A DNA stretch of 52,119 bases, taken from contig JAPEUI010000053.1 of the NCBI GenBank assembly GCA_026025075.1, positions 62,001 to 114,119 on the forward strand. The letters are read 5' to 3'. This document shows positions 22,925 to 34,619 of this stretch, piece after piece (the first letter of the stretch is position 1; each line of letters starts with the position of its first letter). The position numbers and the translations under genes are program-made. The notes under the pieces were generated by a model. That model saw only the letters and a list, made by a program, of their open reading frames with translations, ran no database searches and had not been told where the DNA came from. This DNA is from Vezdaea acicularis (Eukaryota).

Positions 22925-24205
22925 ATGTCGACGGCACAAGCAAAACTGGTATTTGCGGAGCTTGGAGTAGCAATCCAGTCAGTCGTATACTTTGTGGTGT
23001 CCTGCTCGTCTTGTCGGCAGGCTATCTACCGACGGAAGCGAAAGCAAGAAGCCGTCAACGCCAAGCGGGCGAAACAACAGATAGAGATGGACGAGCCGGG
23101 CCTCTACAGACATCCTTCACCATTTGCAACTAACCCGCATTGGGACGAAGAGATACGGATGGGGCCCGGCCCACCTCTGAAAAAGAAGGCGGCGAAGAAC
23201 GGAAAGGGAGATCGGGGCCGGCCGCATACGACAGATGGGAGTACAGGACCTGAGATTACACTCAATAATGAGGGAAGGAGCATGTCCCTGTCGGATGACG
23301 ACGACAATTGGAACCGCCGACGCTATCAGCGCGAAGACGAAGATCTTTGGGGCATCCACATGAACCGACCCAACCACAGAGACTCAATGTCAGGTCTGAG
23401 TCGCGTCGGGAGTAATAGTTCGGACAAGTACTTTACCGCGCGAAACCCGCCCGTCAACGAACTCCATCCGCCTGTAGTCAGCAAACTGCCTACCAATAAG
23501 AATCAGATGAAGTGGATGTTACAGCCGCCGCCTCGTGCGGCTGTGATGGAGGGCAAAGAGCGTGCCAACCGGAGTCGAAGCGGTAGTGCGCGCAGTAGCC
23601 AAAGAGGAGGCCCTCGCAGCCAAGGGGGCAGCGTGAGAAGCCGACGAACGACAACATCCACATCGGGCGGCCAGCGTCACGACAGATTAACCCCCAGCAA
23701 CTCCATCGACACCGTCCGTAAACGGGCGAAACCACCACCCATCTCCATCTCCGAAGACGAGTTTACCCCCAACTCGCCCGACTCCTCTCCATCCCCGACC
23801 CGTACCCGTCCCCCCCTCTCCACTATCGCCTCATCCTCCAAATCTACCTCCTACCGCCAGAAATCCAACACCACCTCCTCACCCAATGCCCCCCAATCCA
23901 AGCCCCTCCGTGACCTCCTCTCTCCCCAAACCTCCACCATCAACACCCTCAACACGCGCCCCTCCTCCCCCCCGGATTCCGCCGTCGGTATCCCCCTCCG
24001 CCTCCAGAGCAGCCATGGCCACCCCCCCTCGTCCTCGCGCGACAAAGACGATCCCGACGCCGCCGATGACGAGGACAACGCACACACGCACGTTCCTACC
24101 ATCGAGAGCAAGTTCCCTTGGGAATTCCGCTTCCCGGACCCCGGCACCACCCCGCGCTCTCTCTCGCTCGAGAAGAGGCAGAAGCGCTGGAGTTTGGATG
24201 TTTGA
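22925..24205 (+). CDS. Uncharacterised fungal protein: N-terminal hydrophobic segment with CxxC, then Ser/Pro/Arg-rich tail
   Basis: Long ORF; first in-frame ATG at 22925. Contains 'LGVAIQSVVYFVVSCSSC' followed by a basic cluster, 'YRHPSPFATNPHWDEEIRMGPGPP', 'WNRRRYQREDE', 'ARNPPVNELHPPVVS', 'WMLQPPP.A.VMEGK' and 'RWSLDV'. Confidence 0.8.
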   Translation: MSTAQAKLVFAELGVAIQSVVYFVVSCSSCRQAIYRRKRKQEAVNAKRAKQQIEMDEPGLYRHPSPFATNPHWDEEIRMGPGPPLKKKAAKNGKGDRGRPHTTDGSTGPEITLNNEGRSMSLSDDDDNWNRRRYQREDEDLWGIHMNRPNHRDSMSGLSRVGSNSSDKYFTARNPPVNELHPPVVSKLPTNKNQMKWMLQPPPRAAVMEGKERANRSRSGSARSSQRGGPRSQGGSVRSRRTTTSTSGGQRHDRLTPSNSIDTVRKRAKPPPISISEDEFTPNSPDSSPSPTRTRPPLSTIASSSKSTSYRQKSNTTSSPNAPQSKPLRDLLSPQTSTINTLNTRPSSPPDSAVGIPLRLQSSHGHPPSSSRDKDDPDAADDEDNAHTHVPTIESKFPWEFRFPDPGTTPRSLSLEKRQKRWSLDV

Positions 24206-24858
24206 GTCGCGGTACTGATGTGGATGCATGCTTACATGGGGTGGACGGGGGTTGGTACTCTCAACTTGCCATCTCTCTCACCACTACAGAGGAAGGGTTC
24301 AGTCCGAGCGCGATAAGTGGGGGTGCTGCTAACGACCGAAAAAAACGACTGGATATATGACGCCTTTCATCTGCCCCCTTATTTCTTTTTTCTCCATTTA
24401 CTCTTGGGATCTATGTTTGGTCTATCTTCCGTTTTTCACAGCGACGGGGTTTCATGGCGTTTTTCCTACTCGGGGGGGTTTCCCGTAAAAAAAGGGGGGA
24501 GTGGGGAGGGAGCTGTTGGACTGGGCTGGAGCGCATGGGGTTTCTGTCGCATTTCCTTTTTTTTAAGGGGGGGGAGGAGGGATGAGGTGGTTGATTTAAG
24601 CATATTTTTCGCTCAACTCGATGCATATATGCATGACCCTATTCGGGGAGATTTTCTTTTTATAAATATCAAAGGATCAAGGTACTATTGCAGCGAGCAA
24701 GCCTGACTGTCTGAAAGCCCACCGCATGTGAAACGCCTGTGTCCCCATTGTTCTTCCGTGTGTACGTGATACGTAGCAGTGCCCAATAGCTCATTACCAA
24801 ACCCCGTCTCCGAGCTAGCGATGAAGAGTGAAGGAAAAAGCCGAGCGGCAACTCTTTC

Positions 24859-25915
24859 CTAAGCGCTGAGCAAGTCCTTGACGCTCAGTCCCCTCGTCGT
24901 TCCGCGCCGGTCGTTCGTCAGCATCATGAGGGCGTGGGTGGCCTCGCGGTCGAGGTCGGGTCCGTCGCCGTGGCGCTGCTGGGGGAGTAGTGCGGGCGAG
25001 ATGATGGTGTCCGAGACGGCGCTGGCGGCGTAGATGGGGGAGATGAGGGCGGGCGGCGTCTCGTGTGCTGAGTAGCCGGTTGGAGAGGTGAGCTGGGAGT
25101 GGGAGGGGCTGGATGTGGGGCCGGGTGTCGAGAGGGGAGGAGAGTCTTCCATCGTGATGTCTCCGGCGCTGCTAGGGCGGAGGGGCGGTGGGTTGTTCAA
25201 GGGGTGAGCGAGGTGGGGATGGGTGTTCGGGGATGTGGACGCCTTCTTGAGGTCCTGAACGCATTGCTCGAGGTAGCGGAGGTAGTCGATGCTTGCCTGG
25301 TGAGCTTCGAGTCAGCTCACGCCTTTTCAAACTTGCTATCGTTCATTTCCTTACCTGCAGGATAGCAAGTTTGTGCATTTCCTGGTCCTTGCATGCTGGA
25401 ATCATATCTTTCAGCACGCCAAACTCCTCGTTCATCTTCGAGCGCCTCCGTCGTTCTATCAGGCTATGCGCCGTCTTCCGCGCCATCTTGCGCCCCGCGG
25501 CGCTGCTCGAGCTGGGCGTCTTACGCTTAGGGCTCTCGACAGCTGTCGTGACTGTCGACTTGCTATTCCTTCGGGCCTTCGTGTTGCTCGAGTTGCTGTT
25601 CTCCTCCAAGTCCTTCTCACGTGGCTTCATCTGGATGATCTTGCGTGAACGGGTTGGTGGTGGGGGGAGCGTGAAGTCATCTTTCCCGGGGAGGGACTGG
25701 GAGGTAGAAGCTCGCCGGCGCGAGGAGTTCTGCTCCAACCTCGTCGACTCGGGCGAAGAAGGGGGTGGGAAGGAAGACATGGTGGAGCTCCGCTTGCTGG
25801 TCAATGCTGGCGGTGGGAGCGCGAACGAGCCCTCGAGTGAAGACTGAAATGCCATCCCATCTTTTCCCTTGAAATCGGCCGAGTTGGGTGTTGGAGGAAG
25901 CGCAGGTCGAGGCAT
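24859..25915 (-). CDS. bHLH transcription factor; exons 25915-25355 and 25296-24859
   Basis: 'RKTAHSLIERRRRSKMNEEFGVLKDMIPAC...MHKLAILQ|ASIDYLRYLE' bHLH domain across intron 25297-25354 (GTAAGG...CTGAC...CAG). First in-frame ATG at 25915. Confidence 0.92.
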
Positions 25916-27447
25916 AAGTGACTGCTGGGTCCCCCCCCTAATGTAAAGCCTTAGTGGCTGCAATGTATAATCGGGAGATCCGCTCTGGGTTGGGGGCGCG
26001 CAACGGGAGGTCGCGTGCTCGGAGAGGGCTTGACGGCTGGAAATTCCGCTTTTCACGTCATTGTGGCCCTCGTACTATAGGAAGTTCTGGCTGAAGATGA
26101 TGCTCTTGGAACAAGAAGCAGAAGACAGAAGAGGATAGAGACGCTCTATCATATCAAATAAGAACCGTTGGGCAAACCTAGAAAGCCTCGTGTGCGCTCT
26201 CCACGCCGTGGGCCATCGTGTATCGGTCGTCCGGCGGTCGGGAGCACGCGACACTCTTCGCCGTGGTCATTGGGCGGGCCTTTGGGAGGACGAAAATGCG
26301 TGAGAAGACGTGAGAAAACGTCAGAAAACGTGAGTTGCGGGCTGCGTCTGATTGGCGAGAAATGGCATCAGCCGGGGCGGCGCCTCGTGGGGGGGGAACC
26401 GCCTCGCCGCCACTCCCCCTCTCTCCCCCTCGCTCTTCCCCTCTGCGGACCTCCGACTCCTGCTCCTCTGGGCCGCAAGCTTGTCCGTGCACCTTCCGCT
26501 CTTGCGCCCTGGCGTCGTGCTCGAATCGGGAAGGTGAAGACGTGCTTTGATGGCTTAATCGCGGTGCGCTGCCCCTGATGGCTCCTGCTCTCCGCCGTAT
26601 GGGGACTGATCGCTTTGATGGCCGCGGAAATACGCCATATTGCACCGTCGAACTGGGAAATGATCATGCTCCCATCGTCGGATTGGTTGATGGCGATATC
26701 CCGGTTCAGTTCTGATCTTTTTACGGGAAATGCAGGAGAAAAACAACGATCCAAGGCCATGGCGTTGTTCTTGCGGGGGGTTGAGTTGCCAGCTTCCTAA
26801 AATCACAGCTCTATAAATCCTCGTGCTGCACTTGGTTCGAGTCCTCCTGTAGCTCACCAGAGCTGCCTCCACGTGGTCCATGCGTTCCCCGCACGGTGCA
26901 ACGCGGACATATAGCCAATGTGGTCGAACCCGTCCATGCTTTTCTTGATCGTTATCATTTCCATGATTATGTTATCGCGCATCCTCGTCCTTTCTCCTAC
27001 ACCAAGGAACCGCGTCTGGCGAAAGGCAGGCCGGCGAGTAGTCAGCAATCTGTGATTGGACGAGGGGCGTTCGGGGTCGGTGTTGCAGGGGTCGGCGTCG
27101 GATCGTCATGGATCTCGCTCGCCCTCACCCGATTGGGCCGTTCTTCATCTCCCAAGACTTCCGACTTCTTGGCCGCAACGCGAGAGGACCTGATGAGCTA
27201 AAGGTTTGACGTCGATGACTCGGGACTGTCACCCTTCGACGAGTCAAAGCGAGAGTGTACATCCGTACATCCATTGAAATCTTCAAATTCAGACTTGACA
27301 GACGACGAAGTAGGCGTCTGCAGAAGCATTTTGTCCCCATTCCGGGCGCAACACTACTGACCTGTGAGATATGTAAGTCTGCCATGGGGAACCCCTCGAA
27401 AAGACTATTCTGCAGGGAAAAGCTAAGCTGTCTGAAAGAAAAGCATC

Positions 27448-29708
27448 ATGGCGACCAACGGAGTTCCACAGATCAACTGGGCGCCCCCAAACCTCCAGAG
27501 CTCCCAAACTAGTCCCTCGCCATCATCCGCGCCATTCCAGCAGGCAAACAACAGTTCAGGGGCTCATGCGTCCAATGGGACGACCACTCCGCTCGAGGTC
27601 TTGTGTGGACCTCTGCTGAATTATAAAGGGATGGAAGTGTCGCAGGGGCGCTCCCCAGGCGTATGGAGAGGAAGTGTGTTACTGGTCACGAAGCCAGGCT
27701 CAGGAGCACCACGGATGAGCATCCACTGCACGAATGGTGCTTTGAAGAACGTCTCAAGCCCTCAAGCGAATCCTTCCCTGCAGTCATCAAGCCATGATAG
27801 TGCTATTCCTGTGGGACCCGCTGTCATGCTCTACGAGAATTTGGAGTGCTCGTTCTGGAAGTTCAAATTAGAAGTGCCCGTTCAGCCATTCGAAGCTAAG
27901 TGGACGTACGTCATTGAAAATGCCAGGTTCCTCGAAGAAACTAGGCCAAGAGATCGGGCGCGAGGCGAATTCTACGTACCTGCAGAGGATCAGTCCATGC
28001 GAATGATGTTTCATTCTTGTAATGGCTTCTCCGTCGGTACTGATGAAGAGGCTTGGTCCGGACCTGCTCTATGGAACGACGTGCTTCGTATGCACGTGCA
28101 GAAGCCATTTCACGTCATGATAGGGGGCGGCGATCAGATCTATAACGACGGTGTTCGCGTTAGCGGTCCGTTGAATGCGTGGACTTCGATCGGCAACCCC
28201 ATCAAAAGGCGCTGGTATCCGTTCGACCGTGACTTGCGTGACAGGTGCGATAAATTCTACCTCGACAATTATGTTCGGTGGTATAGCATGGAACCCTTCG
28301 CGACTGCAAACTCTCAAATACCGCAGATCAATATATGGGATGACCACGATATAATCGATGGGTTCGGCAGCTACACGGACGACTTTATGAAATGTAATGT
28401 CTTTCTGGGCATTGGTGGTGTGGCGTTCAAGTACTACCTCCTTTTTCAACATCACACAGCGCCGCCTGCCAAATCATTTACTAGCGAGGAAGTCGATTCG
28501 GATAATGAAGAGCACGCGGACGCCACCGAACGCGAGCTGGAAATGCTGAAAACCAAGGCGAATATAGAAGGTATCGAGGAAGAACCGGGCTGGATTCTCG
28601 GAAAGAGACCAGGTCCTTACATTCCGGAGGTGAGCCGAAGCCTCTACTATCAACTGGGTGCGCGGGTTGCGTTCGTTGGGATAGACGCACGGACCGAAAG
28701 AACGAGGCACCAAGTCAATTACGACGATACCTACAAACTCATATTCGACCGAGTTAATCTAGAACTTTCCAATCGACGTGGCGAGATCAAACATCTCATC
28801 GTGCTGCTTGGCATCCCTATTGCCTACCCACGCCTCATCTGGCTGGAAAATATCCTCACCTCTCCAATCATCGGCCCCATCCGATTCTTGAATCGGAGAT
28901 TTGGATTTGCTGGTGGTTTGTTCAATCGCTTCGATGGGCAGGTGGATCTTTTGGACGATCTCGATGACCACTATACTGCAAGGCAGCATAAAGGAGAGCG
29001 CAGAGGTTTGATACAGATGTTGCAAGAGATATCCAAGCTCAACAACGTGCGTATCACTATCTTGGGCGGTGATGTCCACCTTGGGGCCGTTGGCCGCTTC
29101 TACAGCAAGCCGAAGTTGAACATCCCGACGGAGAGAGACCATCGCTACATGGCCAATATCATCAGCTCTGCCATCACAAACAAACCTCCACCACAAGCAG
29201 TGGCAAACCTCGTGGCGAGGAGAAACAAGATCCATCATCTCGATCACGATACGGATGAGACGCTCCTGAATCTCTTCGACCGAGACCCGGGAAACTCGAC
29301 GAAAACGGCAGCCAAAAATCACTGTACCATGCCTAGCCGCAATTACGCAATCGTCACCGAAAGCGGAAGCGACAACGGCCGTGCAAATGGCAACGCAGTG
29401 AATGGCCAAGCCAGACCGGTTGGTGGCGTGGCCACGGGCAAGGACGGGCACTCGTCGCTTCATCCGGGAGAGGAAGGCGCTGGCACCAACCATGGAGCTG
29501 CATCCGGCTTTGATACGGGAGGCATGTTCGCTGCACACGGACTGGATGTCTCCCTGCGCGTCGAGATTGATCCGAGTAATCGAGAAGGTCTCACGGACGG
29601 TTACGGACTGAGCAGTACGTCTCTCCTGGATGGTTCCCGCTTACAATCGTTGTCTCATGTCGCTAATATTTCAATCTAGTTCCAGCCATGTCAAGGGATG
29701 TTCTTTGA
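27448..29708 (+). CDS. PhoD-like metallophosphatase-domain protein; exons 27448-29614 and 29680-29708
   Basis: 'CGPLLNY', 'FHSCNGFS', 'GGGDQIYND', 'WDDHDIIDGFGSY' and 'LGGDVH' metallophosphoesterase motifs. Terminal intron 29615-29679 (GTACGT...CTAAT...TAG) gives ...GYGLSIPAMSRDVL*. Confidence 0.87.
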
Positions 29709-30977
29709 ATATGATATCTCGACGAGGAGAATCTCTTCAACCCCAATTGACTCGAAGCTTAGCCAGTTATGGCAGCAGCAAGTCAAAACCAGGGCAGTCT
29801 GAGATGCCTGAGAACTTGGCGCTGGCGCCTGACTTTAATTGCCACGCAAAGCACTGGCCTACCATACATCGCTAGAGGCTCAAAGAAGAGGCTTATACGA
29901 CGACTCACTATCCTACGGTCTCAAAGCACTACGGCGGACGCTTTTCAAGAAGTGGTCTCCAGACATCCGGTCGTGCCTCCTCCCCCCCCCCCAAACTACC
30001 CGGTGAAGGCTCTTTGCGTCGAGTCTCGGATTCCCGAGTACCGAGGCTCCCAGTATCCCAATAGCTCGTTTGGCTCTGTCATAATCCGACCAGGCGTTTG
30101 TGGCTAGGAAAACTCCTCGGTCATATCCTATGACGCGTATTTGCGAGTATCGCGCCTTTTCCTGGCCTCAACGCCTCAACTTTAGTATCTCTATGTCTCT
30201 TTGCTCGTATTCATGCCCAATGCCCTATGAGTCTGGCCGAAAGATCCGACATCGGATGCAGGGGTTGAGAATACCCGCCGGCAAGAAGAGGCACAAGATA
30301 CGGCAACGCTTTGCGATTGCACGTGCTACGTGCGACACCGTTGAATAGCAGCTCTATGGATATCACAAGGGGCAGCCGGGCGATGTCAATGGCCAAGAGC
30401 TCTTGCGCTACCCGACGACCTGTTCTTCCGCAGTGACATCTCTTTTGGCATACCCTGTCACAGCGAGCTACCATGCCCCCCACTTTGGGCGGGACCGTTT
30501 CAGACCTGTTTTTATAGTGTGCAAAGACCTCCCTTTGGCAGCTTATCTGGCGGTTTACTTCCACGTGGTTGTGAAAGCAGGCTAGGAACCCTTTATCGGC
30601 CGGCATTGCTCTTTCCCATTCATCAATGCACGTGGGTGGTTTGGTGGCCAAAGAGAGAAGCTTGTGTCTTGATGTCTTGAAGGGCAGAGACCACAGTGGT
30701 ACGTGCGTGCGACAAAGCGTCATCTCGCCAACCCTTCCGAGCCGCTCTTCAAGAATCCCAACAACAGCTTGATTATAGCTTCCCTAAGCGTCGCATACGG
30801 TCCGAAAGCTCAGTCAATTGCTTTCCGGTCTAAGAATCGTTGATTCCGAAAGTTTGTGCTTTCCCCGTATGGTAGCTCTCCGATCTATAAGAAGCTTGCC
30901 TCTCACCATCTCGCCTATACATCAACGGTCATGGAGCTCCGAAGTATTGGCTACTTCCCTTACAACCCATCTCTACG

Positions 30978-32622
30978 ATGAGATTTATCTCTTTACTTTC
31001 ATTAGTATTTCTATCGCATCTTCAGATCGTTGGTGGTGCGCCCTACGACTCTGCGTTAAGCCCACCACTCAACCCAGCTCATCATCCGACCCCCAACTAT
31101 GTTAATCCCATTTCGTTAAACCCTCCCAACTTGACAAACTCGTCGAATAACATAACATTCTCGAATGGCACGGCGTTGGGAGTCGACTGCCAGGACATCA
31201 CTGTCCTTAAACCTGAGTGTTGGAAGCTCCTTAATCTTACCGGCTTTGTTCAAGATTACTGGGCCAATAATTCAGATGAGTGCGGCCAAAGATTCAATGG
31301 AAGCTTTGCGCGGTGCTTCATGGCGTCACTTCACTTTCCGGGGCAGGATTGTACGGGTATCAAACCTTCAAGCTGCACTTCATCGTTCTCTAGTTTGCCC
31401 AATCTTACTCCGGAGGAATACTATGTGGCCTGGAACATCTTCGGTCAGTCTTGGAGCCAAGTCTCCGTTGGAAGCCCTACTCTAGAGCCTCCACTAACTT
31501 TGTGTCATATTCTTAGCAATTGCATCTTTCTTTACCAATTACTGGCAGGCCCTTGACTCCGCTGGCGGCCTCGCTTCCCAACACATCGCCGCCATCGTGG
31601 AGCTAATAAACCCTCCGGAAGCGGTCAATACACCTACAGCCGACGTCCTGCTCGCCATCTCCGCGGCATTCTCGTTCATCGTATTGGACGTGAAACCAAT
31701 CGAGAAGTCAATCCAGGCGTGTCCGACGGTTGGTCGATGCATCTTCCCAGCCGGATCTGCCGATTCGCGATTTATGCAGCTCGGTCAGATCGACTCGCAG
31801 CTTGCCGACCTCATCAATGGCTATCAGCACAATGTCAGCGACGCGGTTGCAAACATTGAGAACAACGTTGATAACTTTATTGCATTTGCATCCCCAGGAA
31901 GCTTCAATCGTGACGTCATCAGCATCCAGAATCAATCCGACAATATCTTGCAGGGCTTGACTACTTTCGTCATCGCTGAAGCCTTGAAGGCGAACAACAT
32001 CGTTGTAACTCGCGCACAAAGTGTCAACCCTCTTGAGTGGCAGGAAGCGTATGACAACAGCTCGATTATACTCCCATATGACCTCAAATGCAAGTCATAC
32101 GACGAAGCCGGCATGTGCGGACCTTGGTGGTGGGATCCAGAGACGCAAACCTCATACTCGCTGGACTACCTTAACCACATGGATAAAGACCCCTCGAGCG
32201 TGCTCGAAGCCATCTTTGGAAACTGGACAACACCAAAATTGTTGTTCGCTGGCGCTGCACGTTGCCATGACCACGTCTCTACTCCCAATCCACCACCTTT
32301 GTATAATGTCAGCACAGGACTGATCTCGACGTCGAAATGGAGACGTGACGGAACTCCAACGCCAGGGACAATCCAGAGCATCGATAGCAATGGCATTGAG
32401 ACCAATTGCTTGAGCAGCGTCACGGTTTGTACATATGATCAGAGCTGCACGCCAAGCGTTGATTGCGAGTTTACGGACTGTCCGATCCAGGCTGGATACG
32501 GGGTCAACGGGTGTCCGGGGAATGCAGATGGCAGTTTTAAGACGGCCAATGTGCCGTACGGGTATCTTGGGCCCTGGCTGACGGAAGGGGATGCAGACAC
32601 GATCGTCTGTCGACAATTCTGA
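30978..32622 (+). CDS. Secreted cysteine-rich uncharacterised protein, ~523 aa; exons 30978-31443 and 31517-32622
   Basis: Signal-peptide-like N-terminus (MRFISLLSLVFLSHLQIVGGAP), many N-x-S/T sequons and Cys. Intron 31444-31516 (GTCAGT...CTAAC...TAG) joins the two ORFs in frame. Confidence 0.82.
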
Positions 32623-32980
32623 AGTCATGTGGGGAACTTGCTGTATATAGTGCATATAATGAAAAGCATCCCGAAAGCTAGCACCCAAGTTGCAATCACG
32701 AACAAAGTAACTGCAGTGGATTTAAATTTTGAATCCCTACGGATTTGAAGTAAAGTGTGGTGAGAGAGAAAAAGCTGGCCCTGACGTCCCTTGGATGGTT
32801 GATGTACGGCGGGGCGGAGAAGTCTGCACGCAGAATGCTCACCCAATCGTGTGCATGCTCGCCCATCGCCGTCATTCGGTCGCGATATCAACGATTCGAC
32901 TTTTTTTTTTCTCCGCACCCCCATTCCCCCGCCGTTCATTGCATGAGAGAAACTCCCGATAAGAAATCGGACGTCTGAAA

Positions 32981-33940
32981 ATGACGATGCAGGCGGCGAA
33001 TCGCATCCAGAGAGCTCTTCGGACGGGCGGTGGGCTCTCGCTCGGAGCTTGGCAGATGCTCCCTGGCTCGAATCATGCGCGGGCAATCGCGCGCTGTGGC
33101 TTCGATTGGATCTTGGTGGACTGCGAGCATGGGAACATCGACGACGCGGCGATGCATGAGGCCGTCGCGGCCATAGCTGGGTGTGATGTCAGCCCGCTGG
33201 TTCGGATCCCCGCGAACGAGGGCTGGATGGTTAAACGTGAGTAACCTGAGACCCTCTCGCGTGGGGGTGGGAAGGAAAAGCAATAACTGACACCATGTGG
33301 TTGTGGTCTCAGGTGCTCTTGATGCCGGAGCCCATGGTATCCTGGTACCCCTCCTGTATACCGCCGACGACGCCAGGCGATTGGTCGCCTCTGCAAAGTT
33401 CCCTCCCGTTGGCGTCAGAGGATTTGGAAGCCCGTTTCCGATGGGTACATTCAATAATGAAAGCTCAACGGAGTATTTGCAGCAGGCCAATGATAGCTTG
33501 CTCACCATCGTGCAGATTGAGACCAGGGAGGCCCTGCAAAATGTAGAGATGCCCCAAGCCTTATCCGATGTCTAATGCTGACGTCGTCTTGCCGTTTATA
33601 GGTCAAAGAAATCGCTGAAGTCCCAGGCATCGACGTTCTATTCGTCGGCCCATTCGACCTCGGCAACAATATCGACCGACCGATACTCAATGGCGTAGTT
33701 CATGCCGAATTGAAGGAGGCAATCGGCAGGATCCTAAGGACAGCGACAGATTGCGGAAAAAGAGCTGGCATCTATTGCACTTCCGGAGATCAAGCGAAGA
33801 TGTACGTCGACCAAGGGTTCACGATGGTCTCCGTAGCGGCCGATATGATCGCCTTGCCCGCATACCTGACTGATGCCTTGGGTAAAGCGAGAGGAACGAA
33901 AGATGCGACGCCGCAGATAACGGGCCCGTATGGGCGATGA
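32981..33940 (+). CDS. HpcH/HpaI aldolase (2-keto-3-deoxy sugar acid aldolase family); exons 32981-33236, 33313-33542, 33602-33940
   Basis: 'GFDWILVDCEHG', 'PLVRIP....WMVKRALDAGAHGI', 'KFPPVGVRGFG', 'VQIET', 'IDVLFVGPFDL'. Confidence 0.93.
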
Positions 33941-34030
33941 TCCAATCATCCATAGAGGATAGACTCATCGGTCAGGCATTAGAGGCCATTAGATTAGAGA
34001 TGACAACATAGACGGGATAGAAACGCAGAA

Positions 34031-34402
34031 TTACGCGTCTGTCTCAACCTGATCCAGAATTCGCTCAACTTCTGCTTCCGAGAACCGATGCATGAGCTTG
34101 CGAGCTTTGAGAGCTATTTCTTGGCTGTCAGTGGGACGAGAAGATTTTTCGAAATGCACCTAACCACGTTAGCAACCCATCAGCTAAGAATAAAGGTCAC
34201 CCACGACAGGCGTGTCAAATTCATAGACGTTTCGCCAGGCTTTAGCTTCTTCATCCATTACGTTGATCTCCCTGTACTCGAACGGCTTTCGCGCCCTCAC
34301 GCGCACTAGAATTGACTTGGCATCTTCGCATAGAGAGCAATTCGCCCTTGTGAAAAGGGTGAGCCGGCAGGCGTTGTTCAGCAGAGCTAGTGTAGCCCTC
34401 AT
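34031..34402 (-). CDS. Glutaredoxin-like (DUF836-type) protein, 108 aa, probably mitochondrial; exons 34402-34205 and 34159-34031
   Basis: MRATLALL...LTLFTRANCSLC (CxxC)...WRNVYEFDTPV|VH...KLMHRF. Intron 34160-34204 is GTGGGT...CTAAC...TAG. Confidence 0.88.
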
Positions 34403-34619
34403 CAATGGTGAATTGTCAATGGTTGACAAGTCTTGACAAGGCTTGTATGAAGGAAAGTTTGGCGCTGCGGGAAGCCCCAACGTTTCGCTTCTGCCGCCCT
34501 TCACCGCCTTCGGGAAGTTGTGCGAATAGTGAGATTCTGGGGAAAGCTCCAGAATCAATATTCTGGGGGCACATCCTATATTACTCAGGTCAAGATAGTA
34601 GACACTCGCATGTAGAACA
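34403..34619. promoter_or_regulatory. Divergent promoter between the glutaredoxin-like and CHORD-CS genes
   Basis: Head-to-head ATGs with 217 bp between them. Confidence 0.5.

Noticed and set aside
26783..26859. tRNA-like stretch: GAGTTGC...GGTTCGAGTCC...GTAGCTC-A-CCA with a possible 7-bp acceptor stem
   Set aside because: The T-stem does not pair (CTTGG/CCTCC), there is no D-loop GG and no anticodon stem, and eukaryotic tRNA genes do not normally encode CCA. The interior contains TATAAA and looks like promoter sequence.
26057..27447. Overlapping ORFs in the GC-rich region between the bHLH and PhoD-like genes
   Set aside because: Expected in GC-rich divergent promoter DNA; Arg/Pro/Gly-rich translations with no splice or motif support.
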